Part shown: positions 19,374-28,214 of the stretch, piece by piece | Layout of the letters: every line of letters begins with the position of its first letter | How positions within the stretch are numbered: the stretch's first letter is position 1 | Virus record (IMG/VR): IMGVR_UViG_3300031772_007968 | Location: 1-55,946 of that record | Strand: one strand, 5' to 3' | Source of the DNA: a virus | Taxonomy: Duplodnaviria; Caudoviricetes | DNA: 55,946 nucleotides | Notes under the pieces: generated by a model | The model's input: the letters and a program-made list of their open reading frames with translations, nothing else | What the model was told of the DNA's origin: nothing | Database searches by the model: none | Program-made: the position numbers and the translations under genes

Positions 19374-20078
19374 ATGCCAGTAATCAGGGCAGAGGTTGCA
19401 AGGCGGCATGATGAGCTTTCAGCGGGCCTGATGTGTCGAAAACGCCTGTCGAAGGACGCCGGGATGCTTTTCATCTTCGGATCAGAGAAGCCGCTGTCGT
19501 TCTGGATGGCCAACACTTATATCCCACTCCAGATAGCGTTCATCCGTGGAGACGGAACCGTGGGGCAGATAGAGAGTATGGTGCCGCTCAGCACCAAAGC
19601 CGTACGGTCATCGGAGTCATACAAGTACGCCCTTGAGGTCAATGACGGATGGTTCGAGAAGAACAACGTCAAGGTGGGGGCGAAGGTTGAGGCCCCGTTC
19701 CTTGGCATGGAGCAAGGCGCCCCAGTGGGTCAACAGCCCCAACAGCCCCAACAGCCCCAGATGACCATAGAGCAGTCTTTCAAGGACATCCTCAAGGCCG
19801 TTGACGAAACAGGGAGCAAAGTCATCGTCGAATATTCTCCGAAGGAGGGGACCGACCCGATCATCAGGGCGGTCGAGACCCCCATAGTCTTCGGCGACAC
19901 CGCCGACGGCGACACTGACGGGCTTGCCACCGTATGGGACTCTGGAAAGGCCAGATATACCAGTTTCATCATAGACAACATTCTTTCAATCAAGGATCTC
20001 AACGGGAACCCCATCACGTCCTCCGAGCAACTGAGGACGGCGGCGAATGCAGGAAAAGGCCGTCTTGTGACCGAATGA
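19374..20078 (+). CDS. DUF192 domain fused to a WYL-like domain
   Basis: GLMCR...GMLFIF...FWMANTYIPLQIAFI...ALEVNDGWF; C-terminal VEYS...RAVET...VWD...YTSFIIDNI. Confidence 0.8.
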   Translation: MPVIRAEVARRHDELSAGLMCRKRLSKDAGMLFIFGSEKPLSFWMANTYIPLQIAFIRGDGTVGQIESMVPLSTKAVRSSESYKYALEVNDGWFEKNNVKVGAKVEAPFLGMEQGAPVGQQPQQPQQPQMTIEQSFKDILKAVDETGSKVIVEYSPKEGTDPIIRAVETPIVFGDTADGDTDGLATVWDSGKARYTSFIIDNILSIKDLNGNPITSSEQLRTAANAGKGRLVTE

Positions 20079-20122
20079 GAGGTGTGTAGACGTTTCGGCT
20101 GACAACCAAAGGAGAACGGAAA

Positions 20123-20509
20123 ATGACATTCAATCTGAAAAAGTACCTTGAGAAGACGGCGAACTACGAGGGTGCACAGGGCTATTTCCTCGGCCAGACG
20201 CGGGCTTGGATCAACTGCACGAAGAGGCATTTGGATGCCGGTTCCACGCCCAACGACGCATGGAACGGATGCCTTGACGAGTACCAGAAGGGCGACGGCT
20301 GCATGTCGTGGGTGAAGAAGTATGCCGCCGACCTTGCTGACGAGCTCCAGAAGAGGGGGCAGATATCCGGCGGGGACTATCAGCTTCAGATGGCTCCGTA
20401 CTGGGACAGAATTGACAAGAAGGTCAAGGCTGGCAAGTCGGTCGGGGAGGCGGTCATGGAGACCCTTGACGAATGCAAAAAGGATGCCGACAAAATACCA
20501 CCCAAGTGA
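20123..20509 (+). CDS. Putative head protein with FNLKK N-terminus
   Basis: MTFNLKKYLEKTAN; AAGGAG RBS; CAGG-N19-GAATG at 20050-20077. Confidence 0.75.
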   Translation: MTFNLKKYLEKTANYEGAQGYFLGQTRAWINCTKRHLDAGSTPNDAWNGCLDEYQKGDGCMSWVKKYAADLADELQKRGQISGGDYQLQMAPYWDRIDKKVKAGKSVGEAVMETLDECKKDADKIPPK

Positions 20510-20512
20510 TCA

Positions 20513-21109
20513 ATGCAGATCGTTCAGATATCTCAGGTCACCAGCAAGAAGAACGTCCGCTCCATTCCGGGGTCGGACGGCAGGCTCCAGTCTGCTGTGA
20601 TGCGCGCCCTTGACGAGATGGAGGAAACCGGAAGGAAGATCCACAACGAGACCAAGCCTTATGCCCCCGGAAAGCCCAGCGGGAGGATGGCTCCAGATTA
20701 CCCGATCCGGTGCATGGACGTATCGATCTCAGCTTCCGCCTCGTCTGCGCCGTCAATAGGCTCCCTGTTTTTCGAGGAGGACGACGCCTCAAAGTCATTT
20801 TGGACGGTCAGCAGGGACGGTGAGCGCGTCAAAATAACGGTCGGGGAACTCTTTCCGAGCGGGAAGTACGACGTGAACCAGATCCGGTCTGACGATTTCG
20901 GAAGGGCTCTGGAGTCCAGGATGCTCAGCCACAGCGGAAGCTTGGACGAGGCGAAGAAGGATTTGACCTCAAAGAATTCCTCGATGCCGTCGTTGGATGT
21001 CTCCTTGGAAAGCGTTCCTGGCAAGCCGATACTCACCGCCGTCTGCGATTCCATCCCGCTGAACGACTACGAGAGGGAAATAACCGACATCCTGAGGGGG
21101 GCTGTGTAA
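20513..21109 (+). CDS. Hypothetical protein
   Basis: 198-aa ORF tightly packed in the operon. Confidence 0.7.
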   Translation: MQIVQISQVTSKKNVRSIPGSDGRLQSAVMRALDEMEETGRKIHNETKPYAPGKPSGRMAPDYPIRCMDVSISASASSAPSIGSLFFEEDDASKSFWTVSRDGERVKITVGELFPSGKYDVNQIRSDDFGRALESRMLSHSGSLDEAKKDLTSKNSSMPSLDVSLESVPGKPILTAVCDSIPLNDYEREITDILRGAV

Positions 21110-21360
21110 TGGGCGTCAAAGCCATAGACGACATCAACACGCCCTTGAAGGACGCCTTGGCCGTCCTCAAAGAGGGCAGGTTGGACAAGGAAATCATACG
21201 CTGCCGAAGGAAGGACGCCGACGCCGTGATCTACACCATCACGAAGGCTTCCATGAACCTGGATTTCCTCAGCTCGAACCTCGCCAGCAGGGGCTACGGC
21301 GATCACAGCCTGCTGGGAAGGCTGAAGGCGGCATTCAGCGGTCTGTTCGGGGGGTTCTAA
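21109..21360 (+). CDS. Hypothetical protein
   Basis: TAATG stop/start coupling. Confidence 0.65.
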   Translation: MGVKAIDDINTPLKDALAVLKEGRLDKEIIRCRRKDADAVIYTITKASMNLDFLSSNLASRGYGDHSLLGRLKAAFSGLFGGF

Positions 21361-21376
21361 AGAAACGTTTTTGTAG

Positions 21377-21404
21377 AAGGGAATGGGGACGGAGGTTGGG
21401 AATA
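21377..21404 (+). promoter_or_regulatory. AAGG-N19-GAATA motif
   Basis: Intergenic, upstream of 21479. Confidence 0.7.
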
Positions 21405-21478
21405 ACAATGAAACGGGCCCGCAGGGGCGGGCGAAAAATGCCGGCAAAAAGCCGGTGCAATCAATAAGGAGAATGCAA

Positions 21479-22123
21479 ATGAAAATGGTTTTCCCTGCTG
21501 GTGGGAAGAGGGTGGAAACGGCTCAGGTGCTGGAAGGCATCGGCGATGAGGAGAAGGCAGTCGTCGTTGACGATCTCGATGCGCAGTTCAACGCCATCAA
21601 GGGTCTTCCCGGATTCGAGAAGGAAGTTGCCGAACTCGAAAAGGACGAAGGCTCTGCGGTGAAGGAGGTCGCTGACCTCGCCGAGAAGGCGAAAGAGGCG
21701 ATCGACGACGTGGTTGACAAGGCGAAGGAAGCCGTCCAGGTTTCCGAGACCGAAGGCAAGGCCGAGAAGAAGGAAGAGAAGGCCGAGGACAAGCCCTGCG
21801 ACAAGAAGGACGACAAGAAGGACGGGGTCGAGGTCGAGGTCGCTCTCGACGAGAAGGCTCCGGACGAGGTCGAAATCGAGGTGAAGGAAGACGGGACAGT
21901 CAACATCCCCGGCGTCAAGGACGTCGACGGGGTCGCGAAGGAAAGCGAAGGCTGTGCCGCCAAGGCGAAGGGCAAGACGGAAAAGGAAGCGGCGAAGGAG
22001 CCCCAGTTCGTCAAGATCTCCATGCTCTCCCCCGAGAACAAGGTTGACCTTGAGAAGTTCTGGAAGGGTATCTTCCCGACCGAGTTCGTGGACGCGATGC
22101 TCAAGAACTACGAGACGAAGTAA
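21479..22123 (+). CDS. Highly charged Lys/Glu-rich putative internal head or scaffold-like protein
   Basis: TAAGGAG RBS; strongly GC3-biased codons; own promoter and terminator. Confidence 0.75.
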   Translation: MKMVFPAGGKRVETAQVLEGIGDEEKAVVVDDLDAQFNAIKGLPGFEKEVAELEKDEGSAVKEVADLAEKAKEAIDDVVDKAKEAVQVSETEGKAEKKEEKAEDKPCDKKDDKKDGVEVEVALDEKAPDEVEIEVKEDGTVNIPGVKDVDGVAKESEGCAAKAKGKTEKEAAKEPQFVKISMLSPENKVDLEKFWKGIFPTEFVDAMLKNYETK

Positions 22124-22140
22124 TTCGTCACAATGTTGGA

Positions 22141-22180
22141 AAAGGGGCCCGATCCGCAAGGATCGGGCCCCTTTGTTTTT
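22141..22180 (+). terminator. Rho-independent terminator
   Basis: aaaggggcccgatcc-GCAA-ggatcgggccccttt followed by gttttt. Confidence 0.9.
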
Positions 22181-22213
22181 CCGGCAAGGTGTCACAAATC
22201 ATTTCTCCAAATA

Positions 22214-22241
22214 AAGGGAAGTTGACCCCCCTCGTGGAATA
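22214..22241 (+). promoter_or_regulatory. AAGG-N19-GAATA motif, possibly leaderless
   Basis: ATG 22249 lies 7 nt after the motif. Confidence 0.7.
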
Positions 22242-22248
22242 TATCTTT

Positions 22249-25200
22249 ATGGCCAACCCCGGCACTGCCGGACTGTCAATAACCGACTGGAGTCGAACAA
22301 TGAAGAAACAGGCTCTGAATCTCTTTAGGACCTACAGGAAAAAAACCGACAAGGATACTACTGAGAGGAAATGGGTACTCAGCGAGGAGGATCTCAAGGA
22401 GGCCAACCCCATCATCGGGAAGATCCTCGGCGTGGCCAAGTACCGCAAGATCATCGACGAACTGAGGAGCAAGGTTCAGACGGCCACGGCGGGCGTGGTC
22501 AACTTCGTTATCGGCAGGGAGACGATGATAGCCGACGCCATCCTCAAGGCGGCCTTCCCTCCTGGATCGGGCATAGTCTACAAGGGCGTTGACGGATACC
22601 AGATCGATTGCAGCAACCCCGCCATGTTCGGCAACCCAACGGAGGCGGTGCACAAGCTTTCCTCGATCCTCAAGGGCGGAGCGAGGATGATCAACATGGA
22701 CGATCTCAAGATCATCAGAGGTCTCCTGCAGGACATTCCCGGGGCGCTGACGGTTTTTGAAGGCGGATCCGGCGGAGCCCCGTCGCGGCCGAACGCAGCT
22801 CCAGCCATAGCGCCGAGAGGCCAGCCTGCCCAGGCCGCTCAACCCGCCCAAGTCAGCCAACTTGAGAACGTCCTGAACCAAATAGCGGTCCTGCTCGGGT
22901 TCCTTGACAAGCTTAGGGACAAGATCCGCGGCACCGACAGGATCAAGGATTCGAAGAACTACCAGTATCTCTGCATGGTGGAAAAGGCCCATACGGACAA
23001 GATCAGGGATCTCCAAACTCAGCTTGTTCCCTATATGGACTGGCTCGGGCAGATTGACGAATATGACGGCACCGGATTCATGGACTTTGAATATGACATG
23101 AGACGGATCGCGACCATCGTAGGTCCCATCATGGATCCGAACGCCCTCTTCAAGAACCTGAGCGACGACCAGCACATTCCTCTTGCGACCATGACGGATG
23201 AGGTAAAGATCAAGGCTCTCATGTCGGCCATGGAGCGGGCGAGCGCCGAACTGTCTCGGGTTGTGACCTCTTCGACTGGCGACATCAAGAAGACTGCCGA
23301 AGAGCTTCTGTCCTTCATCAAGACCGGCGACCCCAAGGAGGCCGCAAAGACCGTAATGACGTCGGGCACGATCGTCAAGGGCAAGGTACAGAAGCTGTTC
23401 CGGGCTCTCAAGGAAACCAACAAGATACTGATTTTGAACAACGTCGATGACGGTCCCCTGGTCTCGCGAGGCCACGAAGGTGCTCAGACGTTCGTCCATT
23501 CTCCGGTGTTTTCGAACGAATTCGTCAACAGGGATGCGAGGAAGCAGCGGTCGGCCGTTCTGGTCAGCAGGGATCCCATAAGGTTCAGGTTCGAGGGGGT
23601 TGAATATGTCACGCTCAGCGACCTTCCCGTTGACGACGAGGAGGCTCAGGCACTGATCGAATACTACAGGGACATGTACCAGGACCTGTTCCGATCAGCC
23701 GGCAAGAAGATCTCCGACGTCCGGATAGGTGCGAGCGACCTCGCCCGAGTCAGACTCGTTCTCCAGGGAAAGTCGCACGAGGCGTCGAAGGGTATTCTCA
23801 ACAACGCCTTTGCCGCCGCCCACAACAAAGAAAAGGGGATCGTCGACGGACAAATGCTTTGGAAGAAGTCGGTTGAGCTCAGCAACAAGATGGTGCAGGA
23901 CGGTGCGGCGGGGCAGTCCAGGACGGGGGAACGTCGCGGCTGCTATATGATGACCCCGAAGAAGACGATGGAGAGATTCATCCGCGACCCCGACACCGCA
24001 TTCGGAAAGCTGGTTGACACGAATAACCGCAGGATCGAGAAGGCCGGCCAGTGGTATGCGAGGCAGGACACCGCCAGGAACGAGCTTTACGACAGGGAAC
24101 AGAAGGGTTCCCTCGACATGGTCACAAGGGCAAAACTGGAAAGAAAGATCGCCAGGTGCGGAGAAGTAGCCAAGTCAAAGCTGGCGAGGATCCCCCACTT
24201 CCTCATCCTTTACGGCCCCGCAGGAAGCGGCAAGTCGTCATACGCTGAAGTGTTCGCTGGCAAATCGAATTTCCAATTCCTTGAGGCGGACTTCGGGTCG
24301 ACCCGCGGAAGCCTCGTTGGCGAAACGGAACAGTGGTCGAAGGCACTCATTGACTCATGGGAGAAGATGGCCAACGTCGTCATCCGGTTGGACGAAATTG
24401 ACGGCCAGATAGTCAGCGGCGAACAGGAGGCTCGGGAAAGCTACAATGCCGCTGTTGTGAAATACCTCCTGAACTTCCTCGAAGTCAAAAAGGACGTCCT
24501 GAGGGAGAGGAACGTGTTCATCATCGCGACGACGAACAACCCACACCGCATCAGGGCTCAGCTCCAGAACAGGGCTACTACCGTCGAAGTTCCTATCCCC
24601 ACGACGAAGGATGGGTATCTGTCGTGGCTCCAGAACGCCGTTCCGAATATCAAGGCGGAGACGGGATCTGGCTTCATCTACGGCGCCGACCCCGAGGACG
24701 ATGCCATCGCATCATCCGAGGACATGTGGAAGGCTACCGAAGAGCTGATGGGGGAAGTACAGCCTGATTATCCGAAAATAGCCGAGGCACTTGTCCCGAC
24801 AGGCATGAACTTCAGAAAGCTTGCGTTCTGGTTCGCCGACGCATGGGACGCCCATATGAGGTTCATCGAGAGCTCCAGGGATGTCATGATCTTCAACAAC
24901 GACAAGGATCGCTTCACCAAGGAGAATCCTGACCACATCGTCAAACAGGCCGACGGCAAGACGAAGATCAAGGCTCCGATGATCGAGGGTTTCCCGTTCA
25001 CGACCGAAAACCTTGTCAAGGCCGCAACTCTGTCGCGGCCCTATCACCTTGACCCGCGCCAGGGTGCCATGAGCCAAGCCGAAAGAAGTTCCGGAGAGGA
25101 ATGCATGATTTCCGACGGCGTCGCAACGCTGGAGTCCCAGTTGGCCCGCGTCTACAACAAGACCGGCGTTAAGGAGGAGGGCGGGCAGATGGCTCTGCCT

Positions 25201-25503
25201 CTGATGGGCGAAGCGGAGACGGAGGAGACCTTGACTGACCTCCTCAGACCGGCCGAACCCAGCACAATGGCGTCGACGGACTATTATTTCGAACAACTTG
25301 TGAAATCTGGCCTCGTTGCCACGCCCCAGAAGAAGGAAGCTCAGGAGGCGGCCGCAAAGGCTCCTGGAATCGAAAAGACTGCTTGGACAGACCCAAGGAC
25401 CGATCCCAAGGTCATAGGCTCGTTCGTCTGGGGAACGGTGATGCTCGCCCCGATCAAGACCAAATTCGGGGCTGGCAAATGGGTCACAATGGAAGGCAAA
25501 TAG
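22249..25503 (+). CDS. Large classical AAA+ ATPase (Ycf46-like architecture)
   Basis: ILYGPAGSGKSS, GSLVGETE, VIRLDEIDG, IATTNNP..I...LQNR; possible degenerate N-terminal AAA module (ILILNNVDD). Confidence 0.85.
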   Translation: MANPGTAGLSITDWSRTMKKQALNLFRTYRKKTDKDTTERKWVLSEEDLKEANPIIGKILGVAKYRKIIDELRSKVQTATAGVVNFVIGRETMIADAILKAAFPPGSGIVYKGVDGYQIDCSNPAMFGNPTEAVHKLSSILKGGARMINMDDLKIIRGLLQDIPGALTVFEGGSGGAPSRPNAAPAIAPRGQPAQAAQPAQVSQLENVLNQIAVLLGFLDKLRDKIRGTDRIKDSKNYQYLCMVEKAHTDKIRDLQTQLVPYMDWLGQIDEYDGTGFMDFEYDMRRIATIVGPIMDPNALFKNLSDDQHIPLATMTDEVKIKALMSAMERASAELSRVVTSSTGDIKKTAEELLSFIKTGDPKEAAKTVMTSGTIVKGKVQKLFRALKETNKILILNNVDDGPLVSRGHEGAQTFVHSPVFSNEFVNRDARKQRSAVLVSRDPIRFRFEGVEYVTLSDLPVDDEEAQALIEYYRDMYQDLFRSAGKKISDVRIGASDLARVRLVLQGKSHEASKGILNNAFAAAHNKEKGIVDGQMLWKKSVELSNKMVQDGAAGQSRTGERRGCYMMTPKKTMERFIRDPDTAFGKLVDTNNRRIEKAGQWYARQDTARNELYDREQKGSLDMVTRAKLERKIARCGEVAKSKLARIPHFLILYGPAGSGKSSYAEVFAGKSNFQFLEADFGSTRGSLVGETEQWSKALIDSWEKMANVVIRLDEIDGQIVSGEQEARESYNAAVVKYLLNFLEVKKDVLRERNVFIIATTNNPHRIRAQLQNRATTVEVPIPTTKDGYLSWLQNAVPNIKAETGSGFIYGADPEDDAIASSEDMWKATEELMGEVQPDYPKIAEALVPTGMNFRKLAFWFADAWDAHMRFIESSRDVMIFNNDKDRFTKENPDHIVKQADGKTKIKAPMIEGFPFTTENLVKAATLSRPYHLDPRQGAMSQAERSSGEECMISDGVATLESQLARVYNKTGVKEEGGQMALPLMGEAETEETLTDLLRPAEPSTMASTDYYFEQLVKSGLVATPQKKEAQEAAAKAPGIEKTAWTDPRTDPKVIGSFVWGTVMLAPIKTKFGAGKWVTMEGK

Positions 25504-25528
25504 GTAAAATGATGGGAGTTGGCGAATA
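25501..25528 (+). promoter_or_regulatory. TAGG-N19-GAATA variant motif
   Basis: Upstream of 25577. Confidence 0.55.
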
Positions 25529-25576
25529 ATAAGCCGTTATGAATTGCAACAACGGCAATGAAGAAGGGGATTCAAG

Positions 25577-26614
25577 ATGAGTACCATCGCAAAGACTTGG
25601 GACAACCACAGCGCTCCGACCTGGTTTGACAGTGTGAAAACAGCCGAAAGTAAGGAGGCTACTGTGCCCTCAAGAGTCGAGGCCTTCCCGAAGGATCTTG
25701 ACGAGGAAGCCATGGTCGCTGAAATGGACTGTGTGGAGAAGTGCGCCTCCGAAGGCCGCCCCTATTTCTACAAGGCCGATTGGCCAGAGGAATCCGTGTC
25801 GCAGCTCAGGGAATTCGCCTGCGCGTGCGGCGTGAAGGCCGAAGCGGCCGACGAAGCCAAAAGCGTCGACGCCGAACCCGAGGCCGAGGAAACCATGTCC
25901 AAGTCCGCCAGCACGGTGACGGCATCTGCCCAAGCGGTTCCGGCTGCCGACATGAGTGTGCTTGTAGGAGATCCGTTCCACCTCGCGGATTTGGCTCCTG
26001 AGACCAGAACTCCGAAGGAAATCAAGGAGGCCCGCAAGGCCGAGAGAATTGCCGAATGGCAGAAGCCCGTTCCCGAGCGCAAGATGGATCATCCTGATGT
26101 GATGATGACCTCCCACGCCATCATCACCGTCCCCGGCGGAGACAAGCCGATGACGAGCAGGGCAGTCGGTGTCGGGCGGGGAGAGAACAGCATCGCATCC
26201 CCCAACGCCATAGGAGAGTTCGCCAAGACCGACGACTCCGGAGAGAAGCTCCATGCGGCGGCCAAACAGCGCGATGCGGCACGCAAGGCCGAGAAGAAAC
26301 TCTGGCAGAAGGAAATGGTCGATAACGCAAAGGAGACTGGTGCGGGGGCGCTTTCGCGCGGATCGGTCTTCATGACTGAGTCCTTGAACGCCCAACCCGG
26401 CCTCAGGGGTGAGGTCTTCCCGACCAAGAGCGAGATCCCAGACCTGACCGCAGGCGAGATGCTCAAGGCCAAGGCCAATGATCACAAGGCGTCCATCAGC
26501 AGGCCCGCCGTCGACAAGAACGCATGGCAGGCCGTCCAGGGAGCGTCAAGGCACGAGATCAGCGAAATTTTCGCCCAGGAGCTTGAAAGCAAGCTGGGCA
26601 TCAAAGCCAAGTAA
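25577..26614 (+). CDS. Hypothetical putative head protein
   Basis: 345 aa; in the operon ahead of the portal; VKTAES and SKSAS motifs. Confidence 0.75.
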   Translation: MSTIAKTWDNHSAPTWFDSVKTAESKEATVPSRVEAFPKDLDEEAMVAEMDCVEKCASEGRPYFYKADWPEESVSQLREFACACGVKAEAADEAKSVDAEPEAEETMSKSASTVTASAQAVPAADMSVLVGDPFHLADLAPETRTPKEIKEARKAERIAEWQKPVPERKMDHPDVMMTSHAIITVPGGDKPMTSRAVGVGRGENSIASPNAIGEFAKTDDSGEKLHAAAKQRDAARKAEKKLWQKEMVDNAKETGAGALSRGSVFMTESLNAQPGLRGEVFPTKSEIPDLTAGEMLKAKANDHKASISRPAVDKNAWQAVQGASRHEISEIFAQELESKLGIKAK

Positions 26615-26625
26615 GGAGCCGAAAA

Positions 26626-28143
26626 ATGGCAAAGTTCTTCACCAGTCCAGGCGACCTCGCCGATTGGGTGCTCGAAGCGGGCTCCCCCGACAAGGCGATT
26701 GACAGGATCGGAAACCTTCCCGGCGTGGAGGCCGGTCGGCGCCTCGACATCGAGGAGACGGTCAAGAGAATATTCTCCAAGGCCGACGCGGCCAACGCCG
26801 CCGAAGTGCTCAACGGGATTCTGGCCGGAGCTGGCATCACCGAGGAGGCGGTAAGGACCGCCGAAGCGAAGGCCGACAAGGCTCAGGCGATCGACGACCT
26901 CAGGAAATCGGGGGTCATCACGTCCGACGAGCATTCCAAGATGATCAAGGAAGCCCAGATCATGAGGCAGCCTGGCGAATACGTCATGCCGCTGCGGTTC
27001 TGCCCGAAGCTCCCCAAGCAGTCCGCTGGCCAGGGGCTCATCAGCACCTACAACTGCAGGCACTACTGCCTCGACAGCATCGTCCTAGACGACGACCCCG
27101 AGAGGGTGTATTGCGCCGAGGCCATGTGGCGCCGCCACGTCATGGACAAGTTCAGCAGGGAATGGAAGGACCGCGAAACCGGACGGTGGGTGGGCGGATA
27201 CATCAACGACAGGTTCCATGTGTTCCCGACAGCTGGGACGCCGGCGAACAAGGACGTTGACACCATGGGCGGCAACCAGATGGAACTCAGGCCAGACGAG
27301 AGGACTCGCATACCGAGGCCGCATCAGTGGTCTACCGAACGCAGGCTGCAGGAGCAGAGGGAAAAGGGTTCTGGGTACGACCTCACCGTGAACACATTCG
27401 GGAAGCAGGTCGTCAAGAAGGCGGCGGCGGACGGCGGGCTCAAGGTTGACACACTGGGGCGCCATGTCGGTTTGGACAAGATCCCGCATATGCCGAAGGC
27501 GGATGTCGTAGGACTCGTCAGCAACGATCCCAAGGACGACGTCTGGCGCTGCCCCAGTTGTTCCGCCGTCAACGTGTGGAGCAACGCGATAGGAGAGGTC
27601 TTCGCTCAGGTGCTCGGCCAAGAGGTCTATTCGCCCTCAGGATCGGCCTTCGACAACGTCTGCGGAAAGTGCCATACGGACTTCGTCAGATGGGACTCGC
27701 CGATACGGGCGGAGGTCTACACCCATGAGCCTCAGAAGAGGCCGCGCAGGACGACGGCAGGTTCCGTGGAAGAGGAGATCATCAACCTGGCTCCTGAGCG
27801 CACCACGCTTTCGGAGAAGGAACACTTTGACGGGGACGACATTGTGAAGGAGGCGTTCACGCTTGCCGTCGATCTCAAGGAACAGGGTTTGGGGAACGAG
27901 GATGCGGCAGTCGAGATGGCCAACAAGCTTTCGATTCCAGTCGCCAAGGCCGTGGCCATGCAGTCAGCCGCCCTCAGGAAGTTCGCCAGCCACGTTTCCG
28001 ACGCATACGAGATGGAAAAGGCTGCGGTTGTGAAGCCCATGGAGGGGAAACCCGCCCCTGCGGTCGTTCCCAGGAAAAGCAAGCTTTCCAAGGCCGTCGA
28101 AGAGGACGCCGCGGAACTGGGCCTAACAGATCCGGCCAAGTGA
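26626..28143 (+). CDS. Hypothetical Cys-rich putative head protein
   Basis: TAAGGAG RBS; FCPKL...NCRHYC...YCAE; CPSC/CGKC. Confidence 0.78.
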   Translation: MAKFFTSPGDLADWVLEAGSPDKAIDRIGNLPGVEAGRRLDIEETVKRIFSKADAANAAEVLNGILAGAGITEEAVRTAEAKADKAQAIDDLRKSGVITSDEHSKMIKEAQIMRQPGEYVMPLRFCPKLPKQSAGQGLISTYNCRHYCLDSIVLDDDPERVYCAEAMWRRHVMDKFSREWKDRETGRWVGGYINDRFHVFPTAGTPANKDVDTMGGNQMELRPDERTRIPRPHQWSTERRLQEQREKGSGYDLTVNTFGKQVVKKAAADGGLKVDTLGRHVGLDKIPHMPKADVVGLVSNDPKDDVWRCPSCSAVNVWSNAIGEVFAQVLGQEVYSPSGSAFDNVCGKCHTDFVRWDSPIRAEVYTHEPQKRPRRTTAGSVEEEIINLAPERTTLSEKEHFDGDDIVKEAFTLAVDLKEQGLGNEDAAVEMANKLSIPVAKAVAMQSAALRKFASHVSDAYEMEKAAVVKPMEGKPAPAVVPRKSKLSKAVEEDAAELGLTDPAK

Positions 28144-28163
28144 CGGCTTCCGCCCCAGGGATG

Positions 28164-28169
28164 TATAAT
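28164..28169 (+). promoter_or_regulatory. TATAAT -10 box ahead of the portal
   Basis: atgTATAATgg in the intergenic gap. Confidence 0.5.
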
Positions 28170-28214
28170 GGCGGCAAGAACCCCTGCGCCGGATGACGGG
28201 GGAACGGAGAAGCC

